A DNA stretch of 64,000 nucleotides from Ranitomeya imitator. Taxonomy: Eukaryota. Shown piece after piece: positions 38,271 to 50,161 of this stretch. The number at the start of each line of letters is the position of its first letter. Within the stretch, counting starts at the first letter, position 1. Both the position numbers and the translations under genes were made by a program. Where the stretch lies: contig NC_091291.1 of the NCBI RefSeq assembly GCF_032444005.1, positions 137,144,001-137,208,000 of the forward strand. The letters are read 5' to 3'. The notes beneath the pieces are model-generated. The model saw nothing but the letters and a program-made list of their open reading frames with translations. It searched no databases and was not told where the DNA came from.

Positions 38271-38457
38271 TTGTGAGCAAAATCCTTAGGAGGCAGAGCA
38301 GACTTCACATGTTCGAGGATTTTTGGCAGGTAACAACGAATCTCTGACCTTACGGCTACGGAGATCAGTCCGAGAGCCTGGAAAGCCACGGTCCGCTCCT
38401 TCTCTTTGCGCACGCAGCTCAGTAAGTGGCTCATGGTTTCAGGGAGGTATTGATCTG
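38271..38457 (-). CDS. MTOR: mTOR exon 9 (187 nt)
   Basis: (A)DQYLPETMSHLLSCVRKEKERTVAFQALGLISVAVRSE...PPKDFAHK; CAGCAG tandem acceptor. Confidence 0.95.
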
Positions 38458-38704
38458 CTGTAAAAAGTTATATTAATTTACGGGTATTTAATAGGAAGTA
38501 AAAAGAATAAATCAGAATCAGTAGAGCGCCCCCCATTCATTGCTACGGAGAGAGGCACAACGGGTCGGATCCATCTCTGCGCCAGCAACGAAGAAACTGC
38601 AGAGGGTCCGAGAGGGTAGAGATCCACCAATCAGTGACTGACAGAATTATTTTCTAGGGCAGTAAAACCCCATTAAGTATCATTTCCCCAAATATAAGCA
38701 TTAC

Positions 38705-38813
38705 CTGTGAAAGCGGAAGGTCTGAACGCTGCCAACCGTGGGAGAACATTCAATATGCTCATCTGGATCAAAGGGTTCTTGCTACTCCTGCACTTCAGGA
38801 CCCAACGACAAAT
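38705..38813 (-). CDS. MTOR: mTOR exon 8 (109 nt)
   Basis: ICRWVLKCRSSKNPLIQMSILNVLPRLAAFRPSAFT; the upstream part of the acceptor is hidden by the N gap starting at 38827. Confidence 0.95.
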
Positions 38814-38826
38814 CTACAAGGAAATA

Positions 38827-39028
38827 NNNNNNNNNNNNNNNNNNNNNNNNNNNNNNNNNNNNNNNNNNNNNNNNNNNNNNNNNNNNNNNNNNNNNNNNNN
38901 NNNNNNNNNNNNNNNNNNNNNNNNNNNNNNNNNNNNNNNNNNNNNNNNNNNNNNNNNNNNNNNNNNNNNNNNNNNNNNNNNNNNNNNNNNNNNNNNNNNN
39001 NNNNNNNNNNNNNNNNNNNNNNNNNNNN
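38827..39028. other. Assembly gap (N); others at 40042-40212 and 60679-60816
   Basis: N runs. Confidence 1.
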
Positions 39029-40041
39029 GTATAAGCCGACCCGAGTATAAGCCGACCCCCCTAATTTTGCCACAAAAAACTGGGAAAACTTATTGACTCG
39101 AGTATAAACCTAGGGTGGAAATGCAACAACTACCGGTGAATTTCAAAAATAAAAATAGATCATTATTTCCCCATAGCTGTGCCATATAGTGCTCTACACC
39201 GTTCATATTTCCCCATAGCTGTGCCCCATATAGTGCTCTGCACCGTTCACTGTGCCCCATAGCTGTGCCATATACAGTGCTCTGCACCGTTCACTGTGCC
39301 CCATAGCTGTGCCATATACGGTGCTCTGCACCGTTCATTGTGCCCCCTAGCTGTGCCTTATACGGTGCTCTGCACCGTTCACTGTGCCCCATAGATGCTC
39401 CACATTAATCTGTGCTGCCGCTGCTACTGCTGCAATAAAAAAAAAAAAACACATACTCACCTCCCTTGATTGCAGCTCCCGGCGTCTCGTTCCGGCGCCT
39501 CCATCTTCCCGGCGTCTCTGCTCTGACTGATCAGGCAGAGGGCGCCGCGCACACTATATGCGTCATCGCGCCCTCTGCCTGATCAGTCAGAGAGCGCAGA
39601 CGCCGGGAAGATGGAGGCGCCGGCCGGGAAGATGGATCGGCGCCCGGCGGCTGGAACGAGGACAGGTGAATATAACATACTCACCTAGTCCTGGCGATCC
39701 TCGCGCTGTCCCTCTGCCTGGTCTTCGGTGCCGCAGCTTCTTTCTCTATCAGCGGTCACCGACACCGCTGATTAGAGAAATGAATAAGCGGCTCCGCCCC
39801 TATGGGAGGTGGAGCCGCCTATTCATTTCTGTAATGAGCGGTCCCACGTGACCGCTGAAGAGAGGAAGAAGCTGCAGCGCCGAAGCCCGTGGGACGGCAG
39901 GGACAGCGCGAGGATCGCTGGGACTAGGTAAGTATGCCTCAGCGCCCTCAGCCCCTCACCTGCCGACCCCACCGCTACCGTGACTCGAGTATAAGCCGAG
40001 GGGGGCACTTTCAGCCCTAAAATTTGGGCTGAAAATCTCGG
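39029..40041. mobile_element. MITE of the CTCGAGTATAAGCCGA type; both termini fall in N gaps
   Basis: Repeated GAGTATAAGCCGA subterminal motifs, internal inverted repeats, about 45-bp tandem at 39170-39390. Confidence 0.6.
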
Positions 40042-40282
40042 NNNNNNNNNNNNNNNNNNNNNNNNNNNNNNNNNNNNNNNNNNNNNNNNNNNNNNNNNNN
40101 NNNNNNNNNNNNNNNNNNNNNNNNNNNNNNNNNNNNNNNNNNNNNNNNNNNNNNNNNNNNNNNNNNNNNNNNNNNNNNNNNNNNNNNNNNNNNNNNNNNN
40201 NNNNNNNNNNNNTGTTGTATATACACAAAAAGTAACTGGCATATTGATATGAGGGGAAAGCGACATTTCAACAATTCATTAC

Positions 40283-40558
40283 CTGGTCAAACTTTTCTTC
40301 TATCAGTTCCCGGCACGCGCGGCTTTCAACCAAGACAGACTTCTCTGGCATCGGAGCGGCTCCGTATCCCAAAATCCCGTGTTGCCCCGTGTATCCCAAG
40401 AGGCTCAGCAGAGCGTTTGTCGGCTGGGGCTGCACCGACTGGACGCCGGCGAACGGGGTGATGTGGCGCGGCTTTAAGCCGTAGGTCAGAAGGTCCTTGC
40501 AGTGTTTGTCGTGGACGAGCTGCTGCTGTGCGATTTCCTCCATTTCATCTCGCAGCCG
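40283..40558 (-). CDS. MTOR: mTOR exon 7 (276 nt)
   Basis: RLRDEMEEIAQQQLVHDKHCKDLL...LIEEKFDQ. Confidence 0.97.
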
Positions 40559-41727
40559 CTGCAAGAAGTGAAAAGAAACTTTTCTTGATGTTACAGAAGA
40601 AAAAAAAAAAGGTAATACATAGATGTGACTAATAACCCACATGTAAGAAGTCTCCCAATATAAGTGCATGTGTGGACTAGAATATATAGTGAAAAATTGC
40701 ATGAAGACCACCCTGAGGAAAGCAGATGCCGAAACGCGCGTCGGGGTGGGTGCCTCCTCACAGCGAACCCTGCTGGCTCCCATTCAAGTGCATTCAACAT
40801 GAACAATATATATTTACTTATATGAGCACAAATATATTAACATCTAATATGAACTATTCAATCTACTTTTAATAGAAGCAAAGATTAAAACCGATTAGCA
40901 GCCGCTTACTATAGGTCGTCATGCACTATAGCACTTTACTAATCCTACTAGAGTTTATACAATTGTATTCATCCATTCATCTGGTATTTATGCACTGCAG
41001 CACACAAGAGTGTACAAACAGCCGTATTCATTAGTGGGCTAACACAATCATACTTAAGTCATTGCGCTTTATATATCCCACATTCTTCCCGTATAGATGG
41101 GATTTCCAGCACTAGAGGTGTTTGACATGCAACCTGTATGAATAGATCATTTCTTAATATCTGCTTGTCACTTGGAATAGTGCCCGCTTTTTCTCCTGGT
41201 TGTTTTTCCTACCCTTTCACACCAAAATTCTCGATCAATAAAATATTGTACTCTTTTTTTTTTTCACCATTACTATTGACCTTTTTTGGCGGTTTTTCTT
41301 TTGTCCCGGTCTTCGTGTTTGGTGTCTGCGCACTCGAACTGACCTGGAAAATCATATTGCCAGGTCAGTTTTACCGTATAGTGAACATGGTAAATAAAAA
41401 AAAATAAAACTTTTTTTTTTTTTTTTTGCAATTTCAATAAACTTGGATTTTTGTTTCCAGTGCATCACATGATAAAATTAATTATGTCATTCAAAAGTAC
41501 AACTTTATCCAGGAAAAAAAAAAAAACAAGTCCTCATATGACCTATGTGGACTGAAAAACAAACAAAAAGACAAACAAACAAAAAAAAAAAAAGTTATGG
41601 CTCTTGGAAGAAGGGGAGGAAAAAACAATCGAAAAAAATGGAAATAGGCTGCGGTGTAAAGATTACATGGCAACCACTACCCTGAGAGGGTTGTCCGCAT
41701 GTTTGCCTTCAGAGCGCCCTCCTCCTT

Positions 41728-42050
41728 AGGGTATGTGCACACGATGCGGGTCCACAGCAGTTTCCCATGAGTTTACAGTTCAATGTAAACCTATGGGAAA
41801 CCAAAAACGCTGTGCACATGCTGCGAACAAAAAAAACACGCGGAAACGCAGCGGTTGACATTCCGCAGCATGTCACTTTCTGCGGACTCCACAGCGATTT
41901 TACAGGTGCTCCTATGGAAAAACCGCAGTTGTAAAACCGCCGTAAATCCGCGATAAATCTGCAGCAAAAACACAGCGTTTTTGCCCTGCAGATTTATCAA
42001 ATCTGCTGCGGAAAAATCCGCAGTGGACAAGAATACGTGTGCACATACCT
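41728..42050. mobile_element. MITE with TIR GGTATGTGCACACG
   Basis: Inverted termini flanked by TTA. Confidence 0.7.
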
Positions 42051-42361
42051 TAGCCTCCCTGCTTGCAGTTTCCCATGGGGCGCTCCTGAATGACTGACAG
42101 GTCAGACCGGCAGGGAGCAGCGCAGGGACAGAGCCAATGCTAACCGTGTCCAAGCGCTCGCTCCTTGCCAAAAAACAATGGCCGCCGATGACAGACTGCA
42201 GCGGTAGCCAATAACTTAGGCAACAAGCAGATAAACGAAAGAATTAAAAATCCCTCTATTTTGGGGAACAGAGAGGATTTTTAATAAGAGGTAAAATGCA
42301 AGGTTGCTTCTTTTTACACAGAGTTGCCTTTGGGGGGTCCTCCAGCATCTTTCCCCATTAC

Positions 42362-42496
42362 CTCTCCTTCAATGCTGCTGATTCTCACTAACTCATTGAT
42401 AATCAGGAGGGCCCCGTGGAGCCGGTCGTCGCGGTTCATTCCTTTCTCCTTGGATAACGTCTCATCGAATCCTCTCTCGGCTTCTTCGTACGTTTG
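42362..42496 (-). CDS. MTOR: mTOR exon 6 (135 nt)
   Basis: QTYEEAERGFDETLSKEKGMNRDDRLHGALLIINELVRISSIEGE (hand-translated). Confidence 0.96.
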
Positions 42497-42679
42497 CTAT
42501 ACAACAGACGTAAAATAAAGAATTACACACGATAGATCAGGCGTGATCTCTTTGTGGCTACTAAAAGGGAAGGGGGGGGGCCTGGATGGTAAAAAATTGA
42601 TCTTAAAGAGCACATGAATGAACCCAATAGTTTGGTGTACCCAAATGTGATGTCCAAAATGAAGAGGAGAGAGCCGTAC

Positions 42680-42880
42680 CCTGTACCACTGCGGTTTCTG
42701 CAGCTCCTTGGGTTCCCGCTGTGTGGTCAGGATAAGACAGGCCCTCAGAGCGGCCACGGCTCCCTCCCTAATCGCTTGCTTGGGGTCCCACACGCCATTG
42801 AAGATGTTGTCGAAGAAAGGCTGGACCTGCTGAAAGAAGAAGGTGGGAGCGCTGATGGCCAGCTCCCGCAGCACCAGGAC
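42680..42880 (-). CDS. MTOR: mTOR exon 5 (201 nt)
   Basis: VLVLRELAISAPTFFFQQVQPFFDNIF...QKPQWYR. Confidence 0.97.
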
Positions 42881-42965
42881 CTGCAGAGAAGACGAGAGGT
42901 CAGTACCGGAGGCCGACGTCACAGAAACCGTCTACATAGACTGCCGTAATGAGAAGCGACCTCAC

Positions 42966-43198
42966 CCCCGCGTGTCTGCGGCCTTCGTGGCGTTCGGGGC
43001 CCATCCACTCCAAGGCACGTTTCACCTCAAACTCCACGTACTCCGCAGTGAACGTGTCCCCCGCCATGGCAAGGCGGCCCATCGCTTTGGAAGCCATCTC
43101 CATGACGGCCGGGTCACTGGAGGGCAGCAGGTTACGCAGGTAATTGGCAAATCTGCTGATTCGGGTGGCATTTCCGCCCTCCACTCCCATCAGGCTCA
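42966..43198 (-). CDS. MTOR: mTOR exon 4 (233 nt)
   Basis: [29 protein letters not shown]...RRHAG; AG/GT bounds. Confidence 0.97.
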
Positions 43199-43380
43199 CT
43201 GTGAAGGGACAGAAAGAAATCCTGAGCAACCACTGACTGATTCCAGGTGACGGGCTACACGGGGGTCTAAGGAGATGAAGCCCATCAGACCAGAAAATCA
43301 GCGCGGTGATTGGCAGCAGCGGTAACATGGATGAAGAGCAGAGGATGGGGGTCGGCAGCCTAAAAGACGACCCTCTGTAC

Positions 43381-43489
43381 CTATAGCCAGAATCCCTCCT
43401 TTCCTCTCGCTCGCGTCGGAGCTGGAAACAAACTCGAATATGAAATGATTCAGCTCATCGTAGAACTGCGTGGCCTCCTCCGGGGTCAC
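43381..43489 (-). CDS. MTOR: mTOR exon 3 (109 nt)
   Basis: [36 protein letters not shown]; AG/GT bounds. Confidence 0.97.
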
Positions 43490-44084
43490 CTGGAAAAGGA
43501 CAGGAGGGTGAAGGGTTAATGGAAAACACGGCACCGATGGAGAATAAAACCAGGGGGGAGAACTACAGCAGAACTCTGCTGCAAACTACAAGTTCCAGCA
43601 TTCATGAGGACCCTGCAGCTGGCAGGGAATGCTGGGAGTTGTAGTTTTAGAATAGCTATGGAGGCAGCCAGAGGAAGTCGGATCATCAGTGTCACACACG
43701 TTGCTTACGTTTTCCCGTCAGGTTTGGCATTTTGCAGCCGCATGTAGTAAAGCAAATGTGCAATAGTCCCCGGCAATGTGACCCCAATAGGTGACGGAGG
43801 CCCAACCTTTACTGTGCCAGTTACTCCACTAAAAATGTCGCCAATGTGGCACAAATCCATCAATGCTCATAAATCTTATTGTCGGCAGCAGATTTATTAA
43901 AAAGTGCGTTCCTGCTAACGAATCTGCGGCAGAACAGGCTCCTTTACCCAGAATGGGACGATATACGCAGCACTTAGTAAATGTATTATTATATTAGGAG
44001 TCATCTTGGAAGGATTTACTCGGCACGGAGTGAACAAACTGTGCAAGTATTCGGTATTCACACCCCGCCATCGTCTACGGGATA

Positions 44085-45345
44085 CAGGGCGGAGAGACAG
44101 ACCGAGGAGAGGGGGAGGGGAAGCAGAGAGAGACAGAGGGGGAGGGGAAGCAGAGAGAGACCGAGGGGGAGGGGAAGCAGAGAGAGACCGAGGAAGGGGA
44201 AGCAGAGAGACACCGAGGAAGGGGAAGCAGAGAGACACCGAGGAGGAGGGGAAGCAGAGAGACACCGAGGAGAGGGGAAGCAGAGAGACACCGAGGAGAG
44301 GGGAAGCAGAGAGACACCGAGGAGAGGGGAAGCAGAGAGACACCGAGGAGAGGGGAAGCAGAGAGACACCGAGGAGAGGGGAAGCAGAGAGACACCGAGG
44401 GGGAGGGGAAGCAGAGAGACACCGAGGGGGAGGGGAAGCAGAGAGACACCGAGGAGAGGGGAAGCAGAGAGACACCGAGGAGAGGGGAAGCAGAGAGACA
44501 CCGAGGAGAGGGGAAGCAGAGAGACACCGAGGGGGAGGGAAAGCAGAGAGACACCGAGGGGGAGGGGAAGCAGAGAGACACCGAGGAGAGGGGAAGCAGA
44601 GAGACACCGAGGAGAGGGGAAGTAGAGAGACACCGAGGAGAGGGGAAGCAGAGAGACACCGAGGAGAGGGGAAGCAGAGAGACACCGAGGAGAGGGGAAG
44701 CAGAGAGACACCGAGGAGAGGGGAAGTAGAGAGACACCGAGGAGAGGGGAAGCAGAGAGACACCGAGGAGAGGGGAAGTAGAGAGACACCGAGGAGAGGG
44801 GAAGCAGAGAGACACCGAGGGGGAGGGGAAGCAGAGAGACACCGAGGAGAGGGGAAGCAGAGAGACACCGAGGAGAGGGGAAGCAGAGAGACACCGAGGA
44901 GAGGGGAAGTAGAGAGACACCGAGGAGAGGGGAAGCAGAGAGACACCGAGGAGAGGGGAAGCAGAGAGACACCGAGGGGGAGGGGAAGCAGAGAGACACC
45001 GAGGGGGAGGGGAAGCAGAGAGACACCGAGGAGAGGGGAAGCAGAGAGACACCGAGGAGAGGGGAAGCAGAGAGACACCGAGGAGAGGGGAAGCAGAGAG
45101 ACACAGAGGAAGGGGAAGCAGAGAGACACAGAGGAGGGGAAGCAGAGAGACACCGAGGAAGGGGAAGCAGAGAGACACCGAGGAAGGGGAAGCAGAGAGA
45201 CACCGAGGAAGGGGAAGCAGAGAGACACCGAGGAGGGGAAGCAGAGAGACCGAGGAAGGGGAAGCAGAGAGACTGAGGAGGGGAAGCAGAGAGACCGAGA
45301 GACCCGAGGAGGGGAAGCAGAGAACGAGGAAGGGAAGCAGAGAGA
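44085..45345. repeat. 26-bp polypurine minisatellite (about 48 copies) in MTOR intron 2
   Basis: GAGGAGAGGGGAAGCAGAGAGACACC. Confidence 0.97.
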
Positions 45346-45429
45346 CTTATCTTCATTACTGTACTCGATCCATGTTATTTCCCCAGCAGACGAGCCCCCC
45401 AAGGTGTTACGACCCCTTAATTCACTCAC

Positions 45430-45567
45430 TTCTCGCAGCTCGGTGGTGACATAATGCTGCAAATCCTTGGCGGCCTTTGTGCGAGTCTCTTCGTTTTTGC
45501 TCCTCAAGCCGTTGGCTATTTGCTGCAGCATCGTCATGATGCCGGACATGTTGGCGGTCGCAGTCAT
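45430..45567 (-). CDS. MTOR: mTOR exon 2 (first coding), MTATANMSGIMTMLQQIANGLRSKNEETRTKAAKDLQHYVTTELRE
   Basis: Homologous to human LQQFASGLKSRNEETRAKAAKELQHYVTMELRE; acceptor before 45596, ATG at 45567, donor GTGAGT after 45430. Confidence 0.95.
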
Positions 45568-46521
45568 GATTGCGAAACAGGACGGGCAGCAGACTCCTGG
45601 GGGAGCAAAAAAAAAAAGCAGAAACTTACGGTATGTCAGCACAAGGCTCTGAGAGCATTTCAGGGTCCGCACTCCCCCAGATCAATATACATTAGTCTGC
45701 AGGTTGTTAGCGTGACGATGCCGTCCGGACGCTGCACTGAAAGTGAACAAAGGCCAAGATAAAACCCCGGCTGCTTCTCCTTCAAACATTGCGAGGCCGA
45801 GAAAGGAGCCTGCGCCTCGAAATACCTTCCCTGAATTATGCAGACAAGTCGTACATAAATTTAAAAAATAAATAAAAAAACGCAGCCACCTTCCATCCTC
45901 CGCGCACAAACTCAGTCCTATAGACAATGATTGGGACACGCACACCTCTGCTCTATTCATGACCGAACAGTACAAAGCCTGATTCTAGTGGGGTACTGGA
46001 CCCTCAGCAATTAGCATGTTAGCCCCTCTCTCAGGGACAGGGGAAAAAAGCTATTCCAGGAATAACCCTTTCCTTCCCACAGGGTGATGGCGGCCATAAA
46101 ACGACTGGCTACACATTTGGTGACCGGCAGTTGGTTAACCCCTTCACAAAATCCGACGTATATGCACAGCACAAATCGGAAGCAGTTGCATGGAGTCCGC
46201 CACATAGTCCACAGGTCACGGCCGTGTGTTACAGTCAGGACCTGCTTCTAACAATCGGAAGCACCCTACGCCATTGTTAACCTATTAAATGCCACTGTCA
46301 GACTCTGACAGCGTAAATTAATGAGCCCGCCACGCCTGTGACATGATCGTGGGTCGCCGATGGATTGCTATGACAACTGGGGGGTCTCATGAAGACCCCC
46401 TGTCTGTGGCCGAGCTGTACAGTAGAAACGATCTGCCGATTGCGGGTTCAAGTCCATTAAGGGGACGAAAAAGGACAGTGGAAAGAAAAAAAATACAAAA
46501 AAAATAAATAAACCCCCCCCC

Positions 46522-46524
<3 letters not shown>

Positions 46525-46558
<34 letters not shown>
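46525..46558. repeat. (CA)n microsatellite
   Basis: Direct. Confidence 0.95.
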
Positions 46559-46560
<2 letters not shown>

Positions 46561-47219
46561 TAAAAAATAAAAAATACCAAATATGTGTTACCACATTTAG
46601 AAAAGTCCAATCAAAATATACAAATTATTAACCCGATCGGTAAACACCGTAAACGGAAAAAATTCCAAAACAACAAAATTACATTTTTTGGGGTCACTGC
46701 AATACCACAAAAACTGCTGTAACAAGCGATCAAAACGTCACCTCTGTACAAAAAAATACAGCCCTCATATGTATATGTGGTCAGAAAAACAGGATTTTTG
46801 GTTGCTTACCGTAAAATCTGTTTCTTGGAGCCTCCATTGGGGGACACAGGAACCATGGGTGTATGCTGCTGCCACTAGGAGGCTGACACTATGCAAATAA
46901 AAAAAGTTAGCTCCTCCTCTGCAGTGTACACCCCACCGACTGGCATTATACTCTTCAGTTAGTGAGAAAGCAGTAGGAGATAAATAACAAGGTTGAAAAC
47001 CATAACCAGAAACTTGAGAACTGTAAACGTGAGAACAGTCATAGAACATAGAAATTGAGAAACATTGGGAGGGAGCTGTGTCCCCCAATGGAGGCTCCAA
47101 GAAACAGATTTTACGGTAAGCAACCAAAAATCCTGTTTTCTTTATCGCCTCTCATTGGGGGACACAGGAACCATGGGACGTCCCAAAGCAGTCCCTAGGG
47201 CGGGAAAAACAGACTTCCA

Positions 47220-48280
47220 TCAGGCCAGAGGACTCACCCCTGCTGCCTGCAGGATCCTTCTGCCTAGGCCGGCGTCCGCCGAAGCATAGGTATGGCCCTT
47301 GTAAAATTTGGCGAACGTGTGGATGGAACACCAAGTTGCCGCTTTGCAAAGCTGTAGGGCGGAAGCCCTGTGGTGCACCGCCCAGGAGGCGCCGACTGCC
47401 CGGGTAGAGTGAGCCTTAATCCCAGGAGGGGGCACTCTGTTCTTGACCCGGTAAGCCTCCAAATTTGCCATTCTGATCCAGCGAGCAATAGTCGCTTTAG
47501 AAGCCGGTTGGCCTCTGCGCGTGCCATCAGGAATGACGAAAAAAAAAAAAAAAAAAAAAGAATCCGTCTTCCGGAAAGTGGACGTTCTGTCCAGATAGAT
47601 CCTCACTGCCCTGACGAGGTCCAGCTTGTTCAACGATCGCTCCAGAGGATGAGTCGGAGCTGGACAAAAGGAAGGTAGAACGATGTCCTCGTTGAGGTGG
47701 AAGGTGGAAACCACCTTAGGAAGAAAAGAAGGTGGAGGCCGGAAGACCACCTTGTCCTGGCGAATGACCAAAAACGGAGGACGGCAAGACAGGGCCGCCA
47801 GCTCGGAAACGCCGTGAATAGACGTGATGGCCACAAGAAAGGGCACCTTCCAAGATAAAACCGATAGAGGAATCTCCCTAAGAGGTTCAAAGGGGGAAAC
47901 CCTCAGAACGTCCAGTACCAGGTTTAAGTCCTCTGCGTCCACAAGGGCTCTGTACGGCGGGACAGCGTGGGCTACTCCTGGAAAGAAGGTCTTAACCTGT
48001 GGCCGAGAGGCCAAGTTCTTCTGAAAGCGGATGGCAAGCGCAGAAACCTGGCCCTTTAGAGAGCTAAGAGCCAGGCCCGAATCCAGTCCTGCCTGAAGGA
48101 AGGCTAAAAGAGAAGGCAGGGAAAAAACCATAGGCGGAACGCGGTTGGATTCGCACCAACGGAAGTAAGCCTTCCAGGTACGGTAGTAGATCCTGGAAGA
48201 CGAAGGCTTCCGAGCCTAAATCATGGTGTGAATCACCCGGACTGAAAGGCCGGACGCTCTTAGAACCGCGGTCTCAACAG
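47220..48280 (-). pseudogene. DIRS tyrosine recombinase ORF (disrupted)
   Basis: HSTR motif and W...KFY present; in-frame TAG at 48216-48218; SIHGVSEL where DIRS YRs usually have xxRRVSEL. Confidence 0.85.
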
Positions 48281-48640
48281 CCACGCCGTTAAACTGAGCG
48301 ACCGAGAATTCGGGTGGCAGATCGGACCCTGGGACAGCAGATCGAGCCTGTCTGGAAGGCGCCAGGGAGTGTCCGCGAGAAGGTTGACGAGCTCCGCGAA
48401 CCAAGCTCTCCTGGGCCAATCCGGGGCGATCAGGATGACCGACACCCCTTCCGCTTTGATCTTCAACCGTTTGGGAAGAAATGGAAGGGGTGGGAACAGG
48501 TAGGGCAGCTCGAACTGAGACCAAGGAATGGCCAGAGCATCGACGCCCACTGCGAGAGGATCACAGGACCTGGAGACGAACTGCGGAACCTTCCTGTTGA
48601 TTCGAGACGCCGTGAGATCCACGTCCGGAGTGCCCCATCA
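48260..48640 (-). pseudogene. DIRS Dam-like N6-adenine methyltransferase domain
   Basis: DLTASRINRKVPQFVSR...DALAIPWSQ..YLFPP...ILIAPDWPRRAWF, the typical DIRS MT signature; frameshifted from RNase H. Confidence 0.75.
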
Positions 48641-50160
48641 AAGACCAATCTGATGGAAGACCTCCGGATGCAAGGACCATTCCCCTGCCGCGAGGCCCTT
48701 GCGGCTGAGGAAGTCGGCGGCCCAGTTGTCCACGCCGGGGATATGCACCGCGGATATCACCGGAACCGTTGCCTCTGCCCAGAGGAGGATCTTGGATACC
48801 TCGGCAAGGGCCAAGGAGCTCCGGGTCCCCCCCTGATGGTTGACATATGCCACAGCCGTGGCGTTGTCCGTCTGGATCCGGACTGGAAGGCCACTGAGGA
48901 TCCTTTCCCAGTGGCGGAGGGACAGAAAGATGGCCCGAATTTCGAGGACATTGATTGGCAGAGATGACTCCTGCGACGACCAACGGCCCTGAACCGTCAG
49001 GTGGCGAAAAACTGCACCCCAGCCGAACAGGCTGGCGTCCGTTGTCACCACCTGCCAGTGAACTGGAAGGAAGGACCTGCCCTGGGAGATGAGAGGTGAC
49101 GTCAGCCACCAGTTGAGGGACCGCTTGACCCGAGAAAAGAGTCTGTTTGGCCGATCCAGGGAGAAGACAGACCTGTCCCACTGAGACAGAATGGCTTGCT
49201 GAAAAGGTCGCGAATGAAATTGGGCGAAGAAATCGCTTCCAATGTAGCTACCATCCTCCCCAGAACCTTCATGGCCGATCGGAGGGAGGGAGGCCGAGGA
49301 CCCTGGAGCAAGCGTATGTCCCGACAAAGAGTGGATCTCTTGTCTTTGGGAAGGAAGACTCTGGTCTGACGAGTGTCGAAAAGCATGCCCAGAAAGATGA
49401 TGCGCTGAGAAGGAATAAGGCAGGACTTCTTCCGGTTGACCAGCCACCCGAAACGGGCTAAGGTGTCGAGAACAATAGACAGGCTTTCGTGAGCCTGAGC
49501 AAAGGACGGAGCCTTGAGGAGGATGTCGTCGAGGTATGGACATAGGACCAAGCCTCTGACTCTCAAGATGGCCATCAGCGCCGCCATGATCTTCGTGAAC
49601 ACCCTTGGCGCTGTTGCGAGACCGAACGGCAGGGCGACGAATTGAAAGTGTTCTCGTTGCACTGCGAAGCGCAGGAGACGGTGATGTCCGGGAAATATCG
49701 GGACATGGAGGTAGGCGTCCTGGATATCTATTGAGCCTAGAAATTCCTGGGCCTCCATGGAAGCAATTATCGAACGAAGGGATTCCATCTTGAAGTGTCT
49801 CAGGCGAACTCTCCTGTTCAGCAATTTGAGGTCCAGAATGGGGCGAACCTTGCCGTCTTTTTTCGGTACCACAAAAAGGTTCGAGTAGAAACCCGTGAAC
49901 CGTTCTTTCTCTGGGACGGGAACGATTACCCTGGATTTGAGCAGAGAAGCGATGGCTGCGAAGAAGCCCGGAACTAGAGCGGGATCTCTTGGAGGACGGG
50001 ATTGGAAGAAACGATCCCTGGGTCAGGAGGTGAACTCTATCTTGTATCCCGAGGATACAACTTCAATGACCCCTGCGTTCTCTACTGCGGAAAACCAGAC
50101 GTCCCTGAAAAGGAGAAGACGGCCGCCCAACCTGGGAGTTGGGCTGGAGTCTTGCCAAGA
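48638..50160 (-). pseudogene. DIRS reverse transcriptase / RNase H (frameshifted)
   Basis: VPKKDGKVRPILDLK, LPFGLATAPRVFTK, YLDD, TTDASLFGWG, LEIRAI, TDN, HIPGVDNWAADFLSR; frame switch near 49235. Confidence 0.92.
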
Positions 50161-50161
50161 G

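Noticed and set aside
43915-45672. 585-aa ORF containing the mTOR N-terminus
   Set aside because: Only 45430-45567 is coding; the rest is read-through into intron 2 repeats.
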